Positions 49,011 to 59,839 of a stretch of 64,000 nt of DNA are shown here, piece by piece. Each line of letters starts with the position of its first letter. Position 1 is the stretch's first letter. This DNA is from Vicinamibacterales bacterium. Lineage in GTDB: Bacteria > Acidobacteriota > Vicinamibacteria > Vicinamibacterales > UBA2999. Position numbers and translations under genes: made by a program. The stretch lies in NCBI GenBank assembly GCA_044347565.1, contig JBIKUN010000002.1, positions 13,118-77,117 of the forward strand, in the 5' to 3' direction. The notes under the pieces are model-generated. The model worked only from the letters and a program-made list of their open reading frames with translations. It was not told where the DNA came from and did not search any database.

Positions 49011-50084
49011 TCATGCAGAGGGGACGGGCGGTGGCAGCTGGGCGAAGTGGGCGCCGCTCGCCTCGACGACGCCCATGACCGCGAGCAGCACCTCCTGGCG
49101 CGCGACGCGGAAGGCGTCGTAGTCGGTCGTCGCGATCCAGCAGAGGATCTCGATGTCGATGGTGGCCGGGCCGAGGTTCGCGAGTTTCGCCACGACGACG
49201 TCGGGCCACACGAGCGGATGCGCGGTGAGCGCCTGCTCGATGCCGGTGATCACCTGGCGCACCTGCGCGGCGCTCGCGCCGTAGCCGAGCGTGATGGTCG
49301 TGCCGAGGCGGATGCGATCGCGCGGCGCGTACGACTCGATGCGCGAGTCCGCCAGGCGCCCGTTCGGGATCGTGACGAGCGTGCGGTCGAGCGTGCGGAT
49401 GCGCGTCGATCGCGCGCCGATGTGTTCGACGGTGCCGACGATGTCGTCGACCTTCACCGTGTCGCCGACGCGGCACGGCTGGTCGGTGGCAAGCGCAATC
49501 GACCCGAAGAGGTGCTCGACGGTCTTCTGGGCGCCGAAGGCGAAGGCGATGCCGCCGATGCCGAGCCCGGCCACGACCGTGGTGACCGGATAGCCGAAGG
49601 TGGCGGCGGTGGTAACCGCCCCCGTCACCATCACCGCCGCCTTGAGCAGATTGCCGCCGACGAGCAGCATCGAGCGGGCCGACGGGTCGCCGGCCGCCCA
49701 CGAGCGCTCGACGATCATCTCGATGAGCGTGTCGACCGACCGCCACAGCATCCAGAAGATGGCGATGACGCCGGCGGCCGTGAGCACGGCGACGGCAAAG
49801 CGCGACGCGCCGGCTGGCAGTTCGAGGAATGGCAGGGCGAGGGCGGCGACCGCCGTGGCGCACACGGCCGTGAGGGCCGGGCCGATCTTCTCCAGCCAGC
49901 GTTCGTCCCATGCCGAACTCGTGCGGCGCGCCACGCGCATGAGCAGCCCGCGCACGAGCGCCCCGAGCACGCGCCCGGCTGCCCACGCGCCGGCCACGAG
50001 CAGCGGCAGCGCCAGCCACTGCCACCAGAGCAGGCCGCGCGGGCCCACCGAGTGCCACACATCCGGCAGAGTCATCGAGGTCAC
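49011..50084 (-). CDS. MscS-family mechanosensitive channel
   Basis: GLGIGGIAFAFGAQ, GTVEHIGARSTRIRT, IPNG. Confidence 0.9.
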   Translation of the reverse strand: MTSMTLPDVWHSVGPRGLLWWQWLALPLLVAGAWAAGRVLGALVRGLLMRVARRTSSAWDERWLEKIGPALTAVCATAVAALALPFLELPAGASRFAVAVLTAAGVIAIFWMLWRSVDTLIEMIVERSWAAGDPSARSMLLVGGNLLKAAVMVTGAVTTAATFGYPVTTVVAGLGIGGIAFAFGAQKTVEHLFGSIALATDQPCRVGDTVKVDDIVGTVEHIGARSTRIRTLDRTLVTIPNGRLADSRIESYAPRDRIRLGTTITLGYGASAAQVRQVITGIEQALTAHPLVWPDVVVAKLANLGPATIDIEILCWIATTDYDAFRVARQEVLLAVMGVVEASGAHFAQLPPPVPSA

Positions 50085-50332
50085 ACGAAGTCTCGTCCGT
50101 AAGTCTACGACGCGGGCACGACGTGCGCGGCGGCGTCACGCCCGCCGAGGCGATGCCTTGGCGCCGGTCTCGGCAGCATCGAGTCCGGCACGCTGGCGGC
50201 CCCGATCGAGGCGCTCGTTGCCGGGCCGGTCCGGCGGGCGCCAGACCACAGTCAAGTCGCACGCGCTTCAGCCGATGTCCGTGAGGGGCGAACCCGGCAC
50301 CGGGGCGCCGTCTGTCAGGAGCACGTGTTCAG

Positions 50333-50722
50333 ATGTCCACGATCGCCCACGTCGGCACCAGTCATCACGTCGACTCGACGGCCGCCGGCGCCGAAGCCGC
50401 GGCCCTCGCCCTGGGGCCGCTTGCCGGCCGCGCGGCTGCGGTGGCGCCCGGCTTGGCCTCGGCGGATCACGATCGTGCCGCGCTGCTCGCCGCCGTGCAG
50501 GCGGCGCGGCCCGGCGTGCCGGTCGTCGGCTGCTGCTGTGAAGGTGTCATCGCGCGGAACGACTCGAATGACGGCACGGGACTCGGCCTCGCCATCAGCC
50601 ACGGGCTGCGCCGCCTGACGGGCAGCGTCATCACGGCCGAGGCCACGCTGGGACATGGCTCGACGTTCACGCGGCGCCTGCCGGCCGGCTGCACCGGCCC
50701 GCGTGAGGCGATGGCGCGATGA
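50333..50722 (+). pseudogene. Chimeric remnant: FIST N-terminus fused in frame to a HATPase_c C-terminus
   Basis: AGAEAAALAL...PGVPVVGCC.EGVI (FIST-like) is joined directly to GTGLGLAIS...GHGSTF (kinase G2 box). Confidence 0.65.
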
Positions 50723-51855
50723 ACGTCTCGCAGCTCCTCTGGACGGACGACACGGGCTGGACGGCCACTGCTGGCGGCCGTGCCTCCGCAGCCGCCGGTC
50801 TCGTCATGGTCTTCGGGGAGGGCCGCGCCCTGGCCGACGCGGCGGTCCTCGCGCCGCTGCGCGCGCGGTATCCCGAGGCCGTCGTCTTCGGCTGCTCGAC
50901 GTCTGGCGAGATTGCCGGCACGACTGTCCGCGAGGGCAGCGTGGTGGCGACGGCCCTCGACTTCGCGGGCACGCGCGCGCACCTGGCGTGCACGTCCCTC
51001 GAAAGCGAGGGTGACAGCTTCTTTGCTGGCCGGCGGCTCGCGCTGGACCTCACCGCGCCGGGTCTCACGCACGTCTTCGTGCTGTCGGACGGTCTGTGCG
51101 TGAACGGCAGCCAGCTGGCGGCCGGACTCGCGGCCGGCGTCGGCGCCGACGTCATCGTCACCGGCGGCCTCGCGGGCGACGGTACCGACTTCGCCCGCAC
51201 GTGGGTGGTGGCGGGGGATACGGTGAGCAGCGGCATCGCCGCGGCCGTCGGCCTCTACGGCTCGCGGCTGCGCGTCGGCTGCGCCTCGCTCGGCGGCTGG
51301 GAGTCGTTCGGCCCGGAGCGCACGGTCACGCGCGCCCGCGGCAACGTGCTCTACGAACTCGACGGGCAGTCGGCGCTCGGTCTCTACGCGAAGTATCTCG
51401 GCGCGCATGCGGCAGCGCTGCCCGCCTCGGCGCTGCTGTTTCCGCTCGCCGTCCGCGAGCCGGGGCAGGACGCGGTCGTGCGCACGGTGCTCGCGGTGGA
51501 CGAAGCGCAGCAGTCGATGACCTTCGCCGGCGACATCGCCGAAGGGGCGCAGGCGCGCCTGATGAAGGCCAAGTTCGACCGCCTCATCGACGGCGCCACC
51601 GGCGCGGCGCGCATCTGCCGGACGGCGACCGCCGAGGCGACCGCCGAGTTCGCGCTGCTCATCAGCTGCGTCGGCCGCAAGCTCGTGCTCAAACAGCGCA
51701 CCGAAGAAGAGGTGGAAGCCGTCCGCGAGGTGATCGGCCCGGACGCGGCGATGACCGGGTTCTATTCCTACGGCGAGATTTCGCCGTTCACTCCCGGGGC
51801 GGCCTGTCGTCTGCACAACCAGACGATGACCATCACCACGTTGTCGGAGGGCTGA
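50719..51855 (+). CDS. FIST-domain (NosP-like) sensor protein
   Basis: GCSTSGEI, SDGL.VNG, GGLAGDG, LYELDG, ISCVGR, GFYSYGEI, LHNQTMT. Confidence 0.9.
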   Translation: MNVSQLLWTDDTGWTATAGGRASAAAGLVMVFGEGRALADAAVLAPLRARYPEAVVFGCSTSGEIAGTTVREGSVVATALDFAGTRAHLACTSLESEGDSFFAGRRLALDLTAPGLTHVFVLSDGLCVNGSQLAAGLAAGVGADVIVTGGLAGDGTDFARTWVVAGDTVSSGIAAAVGLYGSRLRVGCASLGGWESFGPERTVTRARGNVLYELDGQSALGLYAKYLGAHAAALPASALLFPLAVREPGQDAVVRTVLAVDEAQQSMTFAGDIAEGAQARLMKAKFDRLIDGATGAARICRTATAEATAEFALLISCVGRKLVLKQRTEEEVEAVREVIGPDAAMTGFYSYGEISPFTPGAACRLHNQTMTITTLSEG

Positions 51856-51862
51856 GACGCCC

Positions 51863-53152
51863 GTGCACGCACTCCTCCAGCGGCAACTGCGACGGTATCT
51901 CGACGGCGTCGATCTCGCGGCAGCGCCGTGGCCGGCGTTTCTCGAGGCCGTCGACCGGAGTTACCTCGAGGCGGACATCGATCGCAACCTCGTCGAGACG
52001 GCGATGGAGATCAGCTCGCACGAGCTGCTGCAGGCCAACGCCGAACTGCGCGGCCTCGTGCAGGCCTTTCCCGATCTCATCCTGCACGTCGGCGCCGACG
52101 GCCGCATCACCTCGTGCCGCGGCCGCGCGACGCGCGCCTTCGCCGTGCCCACCGGCGGGCTGGTCGGGCACGAGCTGCGCGCCTTCTTCCGCGCCGGCGA
52201 GCAGGCGGCCTTCGATGACGCGATGGCCGCCGCCCGCCAGCCGGGCGCCGTCGTCACCGTCGAGCACACGAGCGACGACCGCCCGCCGAACGTGCACGAG
52301 ATGCGTCTGGCCGCCATCGGCGAGGGCAGCGTGGTGGCGATCGTGCGCGACGTGACCGACGCCCGGCGCAGCGAAGACCTGCGCCTGGCCAAGGAGGGCG
52401 CCGAAGCCGCCAGCCGCGCCAAGAGCGCGTTCCTCGCCAACATGAGCCACGAACTGCGCACGCCGCTGAACGCCATTCTCGGCTACAGCGACATGCTGGC
52501 CGAAGAGGCGCCGGCCGACATGCGCGAGGATCTGCAGCGCATCCACCGCTCGGGCCGGCACCTGCTCCAGATCCTGAACGCCATGCTCGACATCGCGCGC
52601 ATCGAGGCCGGCATGGCGCGCATCGAGATCGACGCCGTCGAGGTCCGCGCCTTCGCCGCCGAGGCCATCGCCGCCGTGCGCGGCGCCGCGACCCAGAAGG
52701 GCCTGACGCTCGATGTCGTCGTCGGGCCGGGGGTGCGCCTCATCCAGACCGACCGCGTGAAGCTGCTGCAGGTCCTGCTCAACCTGCTCGGCAACGCCGT
52801 CAAGTTCACCGAACAGGGCCACGTCACGCTCGACGTGCAGGCGGCCGACGCCGACGGGCAGCCCGGCGTGACGTTCGCGGTGCGCGATTCCGGCATCGGC
52901 ATCCCGGGCGAGATGCTGCCACGCCTCTTCCAGGACTTCGCGCAGGTGGATGAGTCGAACACCCGGCGATTCGGCGGCACGGGCCTTGGCCTGGCGCTCT
53001 GCCGGCGTCTGTGCGGGCTGCTCGGCGGCCGCGTGGGCGTCGACAGCACGCTGGGGTCGGGCTCGACCTTCTCGGTGTGGATGCCGCGTCACGGTGCGGC
53101 CGCGGCCGACCGCGCGGACACGCCGCCTGCGTCCGCGGAGCGTGTGGCATGA
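51863..53152 (+). CDS. PAS sensor histidine kinase
   Basis: MHALLQRQLRR N-terminus, FLANMSHELRTPLN, NAVKFT, GGTGLGL. Confidence 0.92.
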   Translation: MHALLQRQLRRYLDGVDLAAAPWPAFLEAVDRSYLEADIDRNLVETAMEISSHELLQANAELRGLVQAFPDLILHVGADGRITSCRGRATRAFAVPTGGLVGHELRAFFRAGEQAAFDDAMAAARQPGAVVTVEHTSDDRPPNVHEMRLAAIGEGSVVAIVRDVTDARRSEDLRLAKEGAEAASRAKSAFLANMSHELRTPLNAILGYSDMLAEEAPADMREDLQRIHRSGRHLLQILNAMLDIARIEAGMARIEIDAVEVRAFAAEAIAAVRGAATQKGLTLDVVVGPGVRLIQTDRVKLLQVLLNLLGNAVKFTEQGHVTLDVQAADADGQPGVTFAVRDSGIGIPGEMLPRLFQDFAQVDESNTRRFGGTGLGLALCRRLCGLLGGRVGVDSTLGSGSTFSVWMPRHGAAAADRADTPPASAERVA

Positions 53153-53529
53153 GCGCGCGTCTGCTGCTCGTCGAAGACAACGAAGCCAACGCCGACCTGT
53201 TGTCGCGCCGCCTGCACCGGCAGGGCTTCGACGTGCTCCTCGCCTCCGACGGCCTGCAGGCCGTGGACGTGGCGACGAGCGCGCAGCCCGACCTCGTGCT
53301 GATGGACATCAGCCTGCCGGAGATCGACGGCTGGGAAGCGACGCAGCGTCTGAAGGGCGCTGCCGCCACGGCTGCCATCCCGATCATCGCCCTCACCGCG
53401 CACGCGATGGTGGCCGACCGCCAGAAGTGCCTCGACGCCGGCTGCAACGAGTTCGAGACCAAGCCGATTGATCTGAAGCGCCTGCTCGCGAAGATACACG
53501 CCCTGCTCGGGGCGAGGACGACGCCATGA
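53149..53529 (+). CDS. Single-domain response regulator (DivK-like)
   Basis: LLVEDN, LMDISLP.IDG, ALTAHAM, TKP. Confidence 0.9.
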   Translation: MSARLLLVEDNEANADLLSRRLHRQGFDVLLASDGLQAVDVATSAQPDLVLMDISLPEIDGWEATQRLKGAAATAAIPIIALTAHAMVADRQKCLDAGCNEFETKPIDLKRLLAKIHALLGARTTP

Positions 53530-55640
53530 CTGCCTCCCGTGTCCTGCTGGTCGATGACGAAGCCGTGAACCGCGACATGCTGTCGCGCCGTCTCGAGCGG
53601 CGCGGCTACTCGGTGGGGACCGCCGCCTCCGGCGCCGAAGCCCTCGAGGCCATCGAGCGCGAGCCGTGGGCGGCCGTGCTGCTCGACGTGCAGATGCCGG
53701 GGATGAGCGGCCTCGAGGTGCTGCAGAAGGTGCGCGAGCGCTGGAGCGCCGCCGAACTGCCGGTGCTCATGGTGACGGCCAAGGACGGCAGCGAGGCCAT
53801 CGTGGCGGCGCTCGATCTCGGCGCCAACGACTACGTGACCAAGCCTGTGGACTTTCCGGTGGCCGTGGCGCGCCTGCGCACGCACATCGCCCGCAAGGAC
53901 GCCGAAGACCGCCTGCGCGCGAGCGAGGAGCGCTACGCACTGGCCGCCCGCGGTGCCAATGACGGGCTGTGGGACTGGGACATCGCCGCCGGGCAGCTGC
54001 ATCTCTCGGCGCGCTGGAAGGGCATCGTCGGCTGCGACGAGGCCGAGATCGACACCGGGCCACACGAGTGGTTCGACCGCGTGCATGCCGAGGACCTGCC
54101 CCGCCTGCGCCACGATCTCGACGCGCATCTGCGCAGCCGCACGCCGCATTTCGAGAACGAGCACCGCCTGCGCCACGCCTCCGGCACGTTCCGCTGGGTC
54201 GTGGCGCGCGGCATCGCCGTGCGCGATCGCCACAACACGCCGGTGCGCATGGCCGGGTCGCTCTCGGATATCACCGCCAACAAGGTGGTGGATCCGCTGA
54301 CCGGCCTGCCCAACCGCATGCTGCTGCACGACCGGCTCGAGCACGTGCTGAGCCCGAGTGAAGCCTCGGGGCTCGGGCCGTGCGCGGTGCTGCTGCTCGA
54401 TCTCGATGGCTACCAGCTCGTTGCCGACGGGCACGGCCAGGGCCATGCCGACGAACTGCTGCGGGCCGTGGCGCTACGGCTCGAGTCGTCGCTGCGGCTC
54501 ACCGACGCCGTGGCCCGGCCGGCCGACATCGCCGCCCATACGCTCGCCCGTCTCGGCGGCGACGAGTTCGTGCTCGTGCTGCACCAGGTGTGCGATGCGG
54601 TGGATGCCACGCGTGTCGCCGAACGCCTGCAGCGCGCGCTGGTGCGCCCCTTCGTCATCCACGATGTGGAGATCTTCATCTCGGCCAGCATCGGCATCGC
54701 CCTCGGCCGCCCCGGCGCCACGCCCGACGACCTGCTGCGGGATGCCGACACCGCGATGACGAAGGCCCGCGCGCACGGTCGCGGCCGCATCGAGGTGTTC
54801 GAAACCGGCATGCGCCGGCAGGTGCTTGAGCGGCTGCAGCTCGACGCGGCGCTGCGCATCGGCCTCGAGAACCACGAGTTCCTGCCGTACTACCAGCCGA
54901 TCGTCGACCTGGGCTCGGGCGCCCTCGTGGGCTTCGAAGCGCTGATCCGCTGGCAGCGCGCCGGCGGCCGTATCGTGTCGCCTGCGGTGTTCGTGCCGAC
55001 GCTCGAGGAGAGCGGTCTCATCGTGCCGGTGGGCCGGCAGTTCGTCGAAGACGTCTGCGCGCAGCTGCGCGCGTGGCGCGAACAGAGTCCCGAGAGCCGC
55101 CACCTGTGGGTGAACGTCAACTTCGCGAGCTCGCAGTTCGCCGAGCCTGACGTGCTCGGGACACTGATGGCCGCCATCGACAAGGCCGGCCTCGGGCCCG
55201 ACGACATCGTGGTCGAGATCACCGAGTCGGCGGCCATCGGCGACATCGATCGCGCCGCCGAAACGCTGCGGCAGTTCCGCGCCGCCGGCCTGCGGGTGGT
55301 GCTCGACGACTTCGGCACCGGCTACTCGTCGCTGTCGTGGCTCCACGAGCTGCCGATCGCCGGCATCAAGCTCGATCGCTCGTTCATCGCCGGCGAACGG
55401 TGCCATCCGGCCATCCTCGCCGCCGTCGTCTCGCTGGCCGCGCAGCTCGGGCTCACCGTGACCGCGGAAGGCATCGAGACCAACGCGCAGCACGCACAAT
55501 TGCGCGAGCTCGGCTGTGGCTACGCCCAGGGGGACCGCTTCGCCAGGCCGCTCGACGCCGAGGCCGCCGGCGCCCTCATCCGCCGCCAGCCCACGTGGCT
55601 GCCCGACGCCGCCGATGACGCGGCGGCGACTGCGGCGTAA
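53526..55640 (+). CDS. REC-PAS-GGDEF-EAL c-di-GMP enzyme
   Basis: REC domain; NDGLWDWD PAS; LGGDEF; FEALIRW, EITES, DDFGTGYSSL, AEGIE. Confidence 0.92.
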   Translation: MTASRVLLVDDEAVNRDMLSRRLERRGYSVGTAASGAEALEAIEREPWAAVLLDVQMPGMSGLEVLQKVRERWSAAELPVLMVTAKDGSEAIVAALDLGANDYVTKPVDFPVAVARLRTHIARKDAEDRLRASEERYALAARGANDGLWDWDIAAGQLHLSARWKGIVGCDEAEIDTGPHEWFDRVHAEDLPRLRHDLDAHLRSRTPHFENEHRLRHASGTFRWVVARGIAVRDRHNTPVRMAGSLSDITANKVVDPLTGLPNRMLLHDRLEHVLSPSEASGLGPCAVLLLDLDGYQLVADGHGQGHADELLRAVALRLESSLRLTDAVARPADIAAHTLARLGGDEFVLVLHQVCDAVDATRVAERLQRALVRPFVIHDVEIFISASIGIALGRPGATPDDLLRDADTAMTKARAHGRGRIEVFETGMRRQVLERLQLDAALRIGLENHEFLPYYQPIVDLGSGALVGFEALIRWQRAGGRIVSPAVFVPTLEESGLIVPVGRQFVEDVCAQLRAWREQSPESRHLWVNVNFASSQFAEPDVLGTLMAAIDKAGLGPDDIVVEITESAAIGDIDRAAETLRQFRAAGLRVVLDDFGTGYSSLSWLHELPIAGIKLDRSFIAGERCHPAILAAVVSLAAQLGLTVTAEGIETNAQHAQLRELGCGYAQGDRFARPLDAEAAGALIRRQPTWLPDAADDAAATAA

Positions 55641-55703
55641 CCGCGGCGGGCGGCACCCGCTGCGGACTTGGCCGCGGGGCGCGGGAGCGGTAGACTCGTC
55701 GCC

Positions 55704-56126
55704 ATGCGTGCGCTGCTCTGTGCTCTCGCGGTCGTGCTGAGTGCGTGGCCGGCCGGTCACGCCGCCCAGCCGGCGCCCTCGGCCGTCTCTGCCTGGGTGG
55801 CCGTGCCGGCCGCCGGCGCCACGACGGCTTCGGCCTACGTCGAGGTCTCCAACCCGACGATGTACGAGATCTACATCACCGGCGCCACGACGGATGCCGC
55901 AGCCAGGGTCGAACTGCGCGCCGGGGCGAGTGGCGGCGCCGAACCGGCCGTCGTCCCCGAGTTCCCGGTGCCGGCCTACGGCAGCACCCAGGCGGCCGCG
56001 ACCGCGCCGCACCTCCGGCTCGTCGGCCTCAGCCGGCCGCTCGCCCCCGGCGACACCGTGCAGCTCACGCTCACGACCGACGGCGGCGCTACGTTGAAGG
56101 TGGCCGCGCCTGTCCGCCAGCCCTGA
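55704..56126 (+). CDS. PCu(A)C-fold exported protein with degenerate metal ligands
   Basis: SAWV...TASAYVEVSN...AARVEL...HLRLVGL..PL.PGDTV.LTL. Confidence 0.75.
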   Translation: MRALLCALAVVLSAWPAGHAAQPAPSAVSAWVAVPAAGATTASAYVEVSNPTMYEIYITGATTDAAARVELRAGASGGAEPAVVPEFPVPAYGSTQAAATAPHLRLVGLSRPLAPGDTVQLTLTTDGGATLKVAAPVRQP

Positions 56127-56238
56127 CTGTCCCCACGCCTCGCGATTGACGCAGAATAGAGACCGTCGCCCGTCCGGCCGCGCCGTCATGGCTGGCCGGG
56201 GGCCGAATCCCGCAGTTCGATCCAGAGGAGTACAGCGC

Positions 56239-57150
56239 ATGAAGAAGTTGATGTTCGCTCTCGCGGCGGTGATCGTCGCGGCCGGGGCCTTCACGTCGGC
56301 TCAGCAGGGACAGCGCCGCGCGCCGGACCCGCGCTCGATGGGCGGCGGCGACTGCCGCGACAACACCTACAACTGTGCCGACACGCCGAATCCGCTGCCG
56401 GCGGCGTCGACCGTGTGGCTCGAAGAGATGACCTGGATGGACGTCCGCGACGCCCTCAAGGCGGGCAAGTCCACGGTCATCGTCTCGACCGGCGGCATGG
56501 AGCCGAACGGCCCGTGGCTCGTCACTGGCAAGCACAACTACGTGCTGCACACCAACTGCGAGGCCATCGCCCGCAAGCTCGGCAACGCCCTCTGCGCGCC
56601 GATCGTGAAGTTCGTGCCCGAAGGCGGCATCGAGCCGAAGACCGGCCACATGACGAGCCCCGGCACCATCACGGCGCGGGAAGAGACCTTCCAGATGCTG
56701 CTCACCGACATCGCCGAGAGCCTGCAGGCGCACGGCTTCAAGACGGTGGTCTTCATCGGCGACAGCGGCGGCAACCAGAAGGGCCAGCAGACGGTGGCCG
56801 ACGCGCTCACGAAGAAGTGGGCCGGCAAGGCCGTGGCCCTGCACATTCCCGAGTACTACACCTACAACGTGGTCACGAAGCACTTCGAGGACCAGGGCGC
56901 ACTGCCGAAGGATCGCAAGAGCGACGGCATGCACGACGATCCCGTCATCACGCTCAACATGTTCATCGACGACCCGAACTCGGTGCGCTACGACGCCCGC
57001 GTGAAGGCCGGCAAGGCGACGATCGACAGCGTGTCGATCGCCGACCGCGCCAAGTCGACGGATCTGGCGAAGAAGATCGTCGCCTTCCGCGCCGACTACA
57101 CCGTGGCCGCCATCACCAAGGCGCTCGCGGCGAAGTCGTCGATGCAGTAG
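56239..57150 (+). CDS. Exported creatininase-family protein
   Basis: [32 protein letters not shown]; signal peptide. Confidence 0.85.
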   Translation: MKKLMFALAAVIVAAGAFTSAQQGQRRAPDPRSMGGGDCRDNTYNCADTPNPLPAASTVWLEEMTWMDVRDALKAGKSTVIVSTGGMEPNGPWLVTGKHNYVLHTNCEAIARKLGNALCAPIVKFVPEGGIEPKTGHMTSPGTITAREETFQMLLTDIAESLQAHGFKTVVFIGDSGGNQKGQQTVADALTKKWAGKAVALHIPEYYTYNVVTKHFEDQGALPKDRKSDGMHDDPVITLNMFIDDPNSVRYDARVKAGKATIDSVSIADRAKSTDLAKKIVAFRADYTVAAITKALAAKSSMQ

Positions 57151-57242
57151 GTCCGCGTCCGGACGCGCCGGCGGCCCGCCGCCGGCGCGCGCCCGCCGCC
57201 GCGGCGGACCGTCCTCTCCCTTCGTCCCGAGGTGCCCCTGCG

Positions 57243-59759
57243 GTGATCGGCACGACCATCGGCCCGTATCGGGTCCTGCGTGAACTCGGGCAGGGCGGCA
57301 TGGGCACCGTCGTGGTCGCGGAAGACACGCGCCTCGGCCGCCACGTCGCCCTCAAGACCGTCTCCGGCGCCCGGGCCGGCACCTCCGGCGGCCGCGCGCA
57401 ACTGCTCGACGAAGCCCGCGCCGCCGCCGCCCTCACCCATCCCGCCATCGCCGCCGTCCACGACGTCATCGAACACGACGGCAACATCGCCATCGTCTTC
57501 GAACTCGTCGAGGGCGAGACGCTCGCCGCGCGCCTCGCCAGGGGCCCGCTGCCCGAGCCGCTCGCCGTCAGCATCGCCGTGCAGATCGCCGACGCCCTCG
57601 CCGTCGCCCACGGCGCGCGCGTGCTGCACCGCGATCTCAAGCCGTCGAACATCATGCTGGCGCCCGGCGGCATCGTGAAGATCCTCGACTTCGGCATCGC
57701 GCGTTTCCGCCCCGTGGGCCACGAGGCCCCGGCGGGGAAGGACGGCGACGAGGGCTTCATGGGCACGCCCGGCTACGTCGCGCCGGAGCAGTGGACCGGC
57801 AAGGCGGTGGACGAACGCGCCGATCTCTACGCCCTCGGCGTCGTGCTCTTCGAGATGCTCACCGGCAAACGCCCGTTTCCCGAGCGCGAGCCGTTCACGC
57901 TGGCGCTGGCCGCCATCGACCGCATCGCCCGCCGCGTGTCGTCGCTGCGCCCGGGCGTGTCGCCGGCGCTCGACAAGCTCGTGGCGCGGCTGCTCGCCGC
58001 TGACCCGGGGCTGCGGCCGCCGCGCGCGCGCGTTGTGGCCGACGAATTGCGGGCGCTCCTCGCGCCGCCGCCGGCGGCGCCGCCGCCGCCCTGGCAGGTG
58101 TGGGCGGGCGTGGCCGTGTTCGCGCTGGCCGTGACCGGCGGCGCGCTCTGGTGGTTCCTGCGCCCGGTGCGGCTCGACGTGCGCAACCCGGTCATCGCTG
58201 TGCTGCCGCTCGCCAACGAAACCGGCGACCCCGCGAGTGACTACCTCGCGGCTGGCGTCGCCGACAGCCTCGTCACGAGCCTCGCCTCGTTTCCGGCGGT
58301 GACGACGCTCTCGCGCGCGATGGTGGCCGAGGCCCGCGCGCGCGACTCGACGCCGAGCGCCATCGCCCGCGATCTCGGCGCCACGCTGCTCGTCGATGGC
58401 ACCGTGCAGCGGCAGGACGACAAGCTCAGCATCGCCATCAGCCTCGTGTGGCCGGATGGCCGCATCGCCTGGCGCGAAGCGGCGGAAGGCCCGGCGCGCG
58501 ATGTGTTCGCCATCCAGGCGCGGCTCGCGAGCGCGCTCGTGAGCGCGCTCAGCGTGCAGATGTCGGCCGACGACGAAGCCCGCCTCGAGACGCCGCCGAC
58601 GTCGAATGCCAACGCGCTCGATGCCTACTGGCGCGGCCGCGCGCTGCTCGAGCGGCGCGACACGCCGGGTAATCTCCAGCTCGCGGAGGTCGCCTTCCGC
58701 GAGGCGCTGCGGCTCGATGCGCGGTTCGTCGACGCGCACGTCGCGCTCAGCGAGACCTACTGGGAGCTCTACAACACGACGCGCGATCGGCGCTGGGTGC
58801 CGCAGGCACAGCAGGAATCGGCCACCGTGCTGGCACTGGCGCCGGACGTGGCCGCCGTGCGCCTCGCGCTCGGCATCACGCTCACGAACAGCGGCCGCTA
58901 CGGCGAGGCCGTGCAGGAGCTGCAGCGCGCGCTCGCCATCCGGCCGAACGATGACGAAGCGCGGCGCTATCTGGGCAAGGCGCTCGCCGCGGCCGACCGC
59001 ACCGACGAGGCGGTGGCCGAATGGCGCAAGGCGCTCACCATCCGGCCGAACAACTGGCAGGCCCTCAGCGACATGGGGCGGGCGCTCTTCGGCAAGGGCC
59101 GGCTCGCCGAGGCCGAAGCGACCTACCGGCAGCTCGTCGCGCTCAATCCCGACAACGTCATCGGGCACCAGGGGCTCGGCACCGTGCTGCACCGGCTGAA
59201 GCGCATTCCCGAAGCGCTCGAGTCGTACGAACGCGCTACCGCAATCACGCCCGCCGCGCAGACGCTCTCGAATATGGGCACGCTCTACTACGAGCGCCGT
59301 GAGTACGGGAAAGCGGTGGAGGCCTACCGCCGCGCGATTGCGATCCGGCCGAACTCGGCGCCGACACATCGCAACCTCGGCGACCTGCTCACGCAACTCG
59401 GCCGGCAGGACGAAGCGCTCGCGGCCTACCAGCGCGCCGTCGAGCTGGCGGAAGCGGCGCGCGAGGTGAATCCCGCGGATGCCCAGAACCTCGCCGAACT
59501 GGCCGTCTATACGGTCAAGACGGGGCGGATCCCGGACGCGCTCGGCTACGCGGCCGAGGCGACGCGGCTCACGCCCGAGGCGCCCGCGGTCTGGTGGCTG
59601 GCGTCGCACGTCTACGCGCTGGCCGGACGCCCCGAACCGGCCCTCGACGCCCTCTCGCGGGCGCTGGCCATGGGCCGCGCGAAGGCCGATGCCCGCGAGG
59701 CGCAGGAACTGGCGTCGCTGCACGGGCACCCGGCCTTTCAGCGTCTCGTGGCCGAATAG
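57243..59759 (+). CDS. Hanks-type Ser/Thr kinase with a TM helix, TolB-like domain and TPR repeats
   Basis: [31 protein letters not shown]; IAVLPL.N; multiple TPRs. Confidence 0.92.
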   Translation: MIGTTIGPYRVLRELGQGGMGTVVVAEDTRLGRHVALKTVSGARAGTSGGRAQLLDEARAAAALTHPAIAAVHDVIEHDGNIAIVFELVEGETLAARLARGPLPEPLAVSIAVQIADALAVAHGARVLHRDLKPSNIMLAPGGIVKILDFGIARFRPVGHEAPAGKDGDEGFMGTPGYVAPEQWTGKAVDERADLYALGVVLFEMLTGKRPFPEREPFTLALAAIDRIARRVSSLRPGVSPALDKLVARLLAADPGLRPPRARVVADELRALLAPPPAAPPPPWQVWAGVAVFALAVTGGALWWFLRPVRLDVRNPVIAVLPLANETGDPASDYLAAGVADSLVTSLASFPAVTTLSRAMVAEARARDSTPSAIARDLGATLLVDGTVQRQDDKLSIAISLVWPDGRIAWREAAEGPARDVFAIQARLASALVSALSVQMSADDEARLETPPTSNANALDAYWRGRALLERRDTPGNLQLAEVAFREALRLDARFVDAHVALSETYWELYNTTRDRRWVPQAQQESATVLALAPDVAAVRLALGITLTNSGRYGEAVQELQRALAIRPNDDEARRYLGKALAAADRTDEAVAEWRKALTIRPNNWQALSDMGRALFGKGRLAEAEATYRQLVALNPDNVIGHQGLGTVLHRLKRIPEALESYERATAITPAAQTLSNMGTLYYERREYGKAVEAYRRAIAIRPNSAPTHRNLGDLLTQLGRQDEALAAYQRAVELAEAAREVNPADAQNLAELAVYTVKTGRIPDALGYAAEATRLTPEAPAVWWLASHVYALAGRPEPALDALSRALAMGRAKADAREAQELASLHGHPAFQRLVAE

Positions 59760-59839
59760 CCGGCGACGGGGCGGGGGGCGGTCCGGGCGTCGCTGGTGTA
59801 TCGTTACGGCGTCGTCCTTTCGGCAAGGAGCCGTTCACC

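Noticed and set aside
57165-57192. GC-rich hairpin after the creatininase gene as a rho-independent terminator
   Set aside because: It has no U-tract, and such stems arise easily at this GC content.
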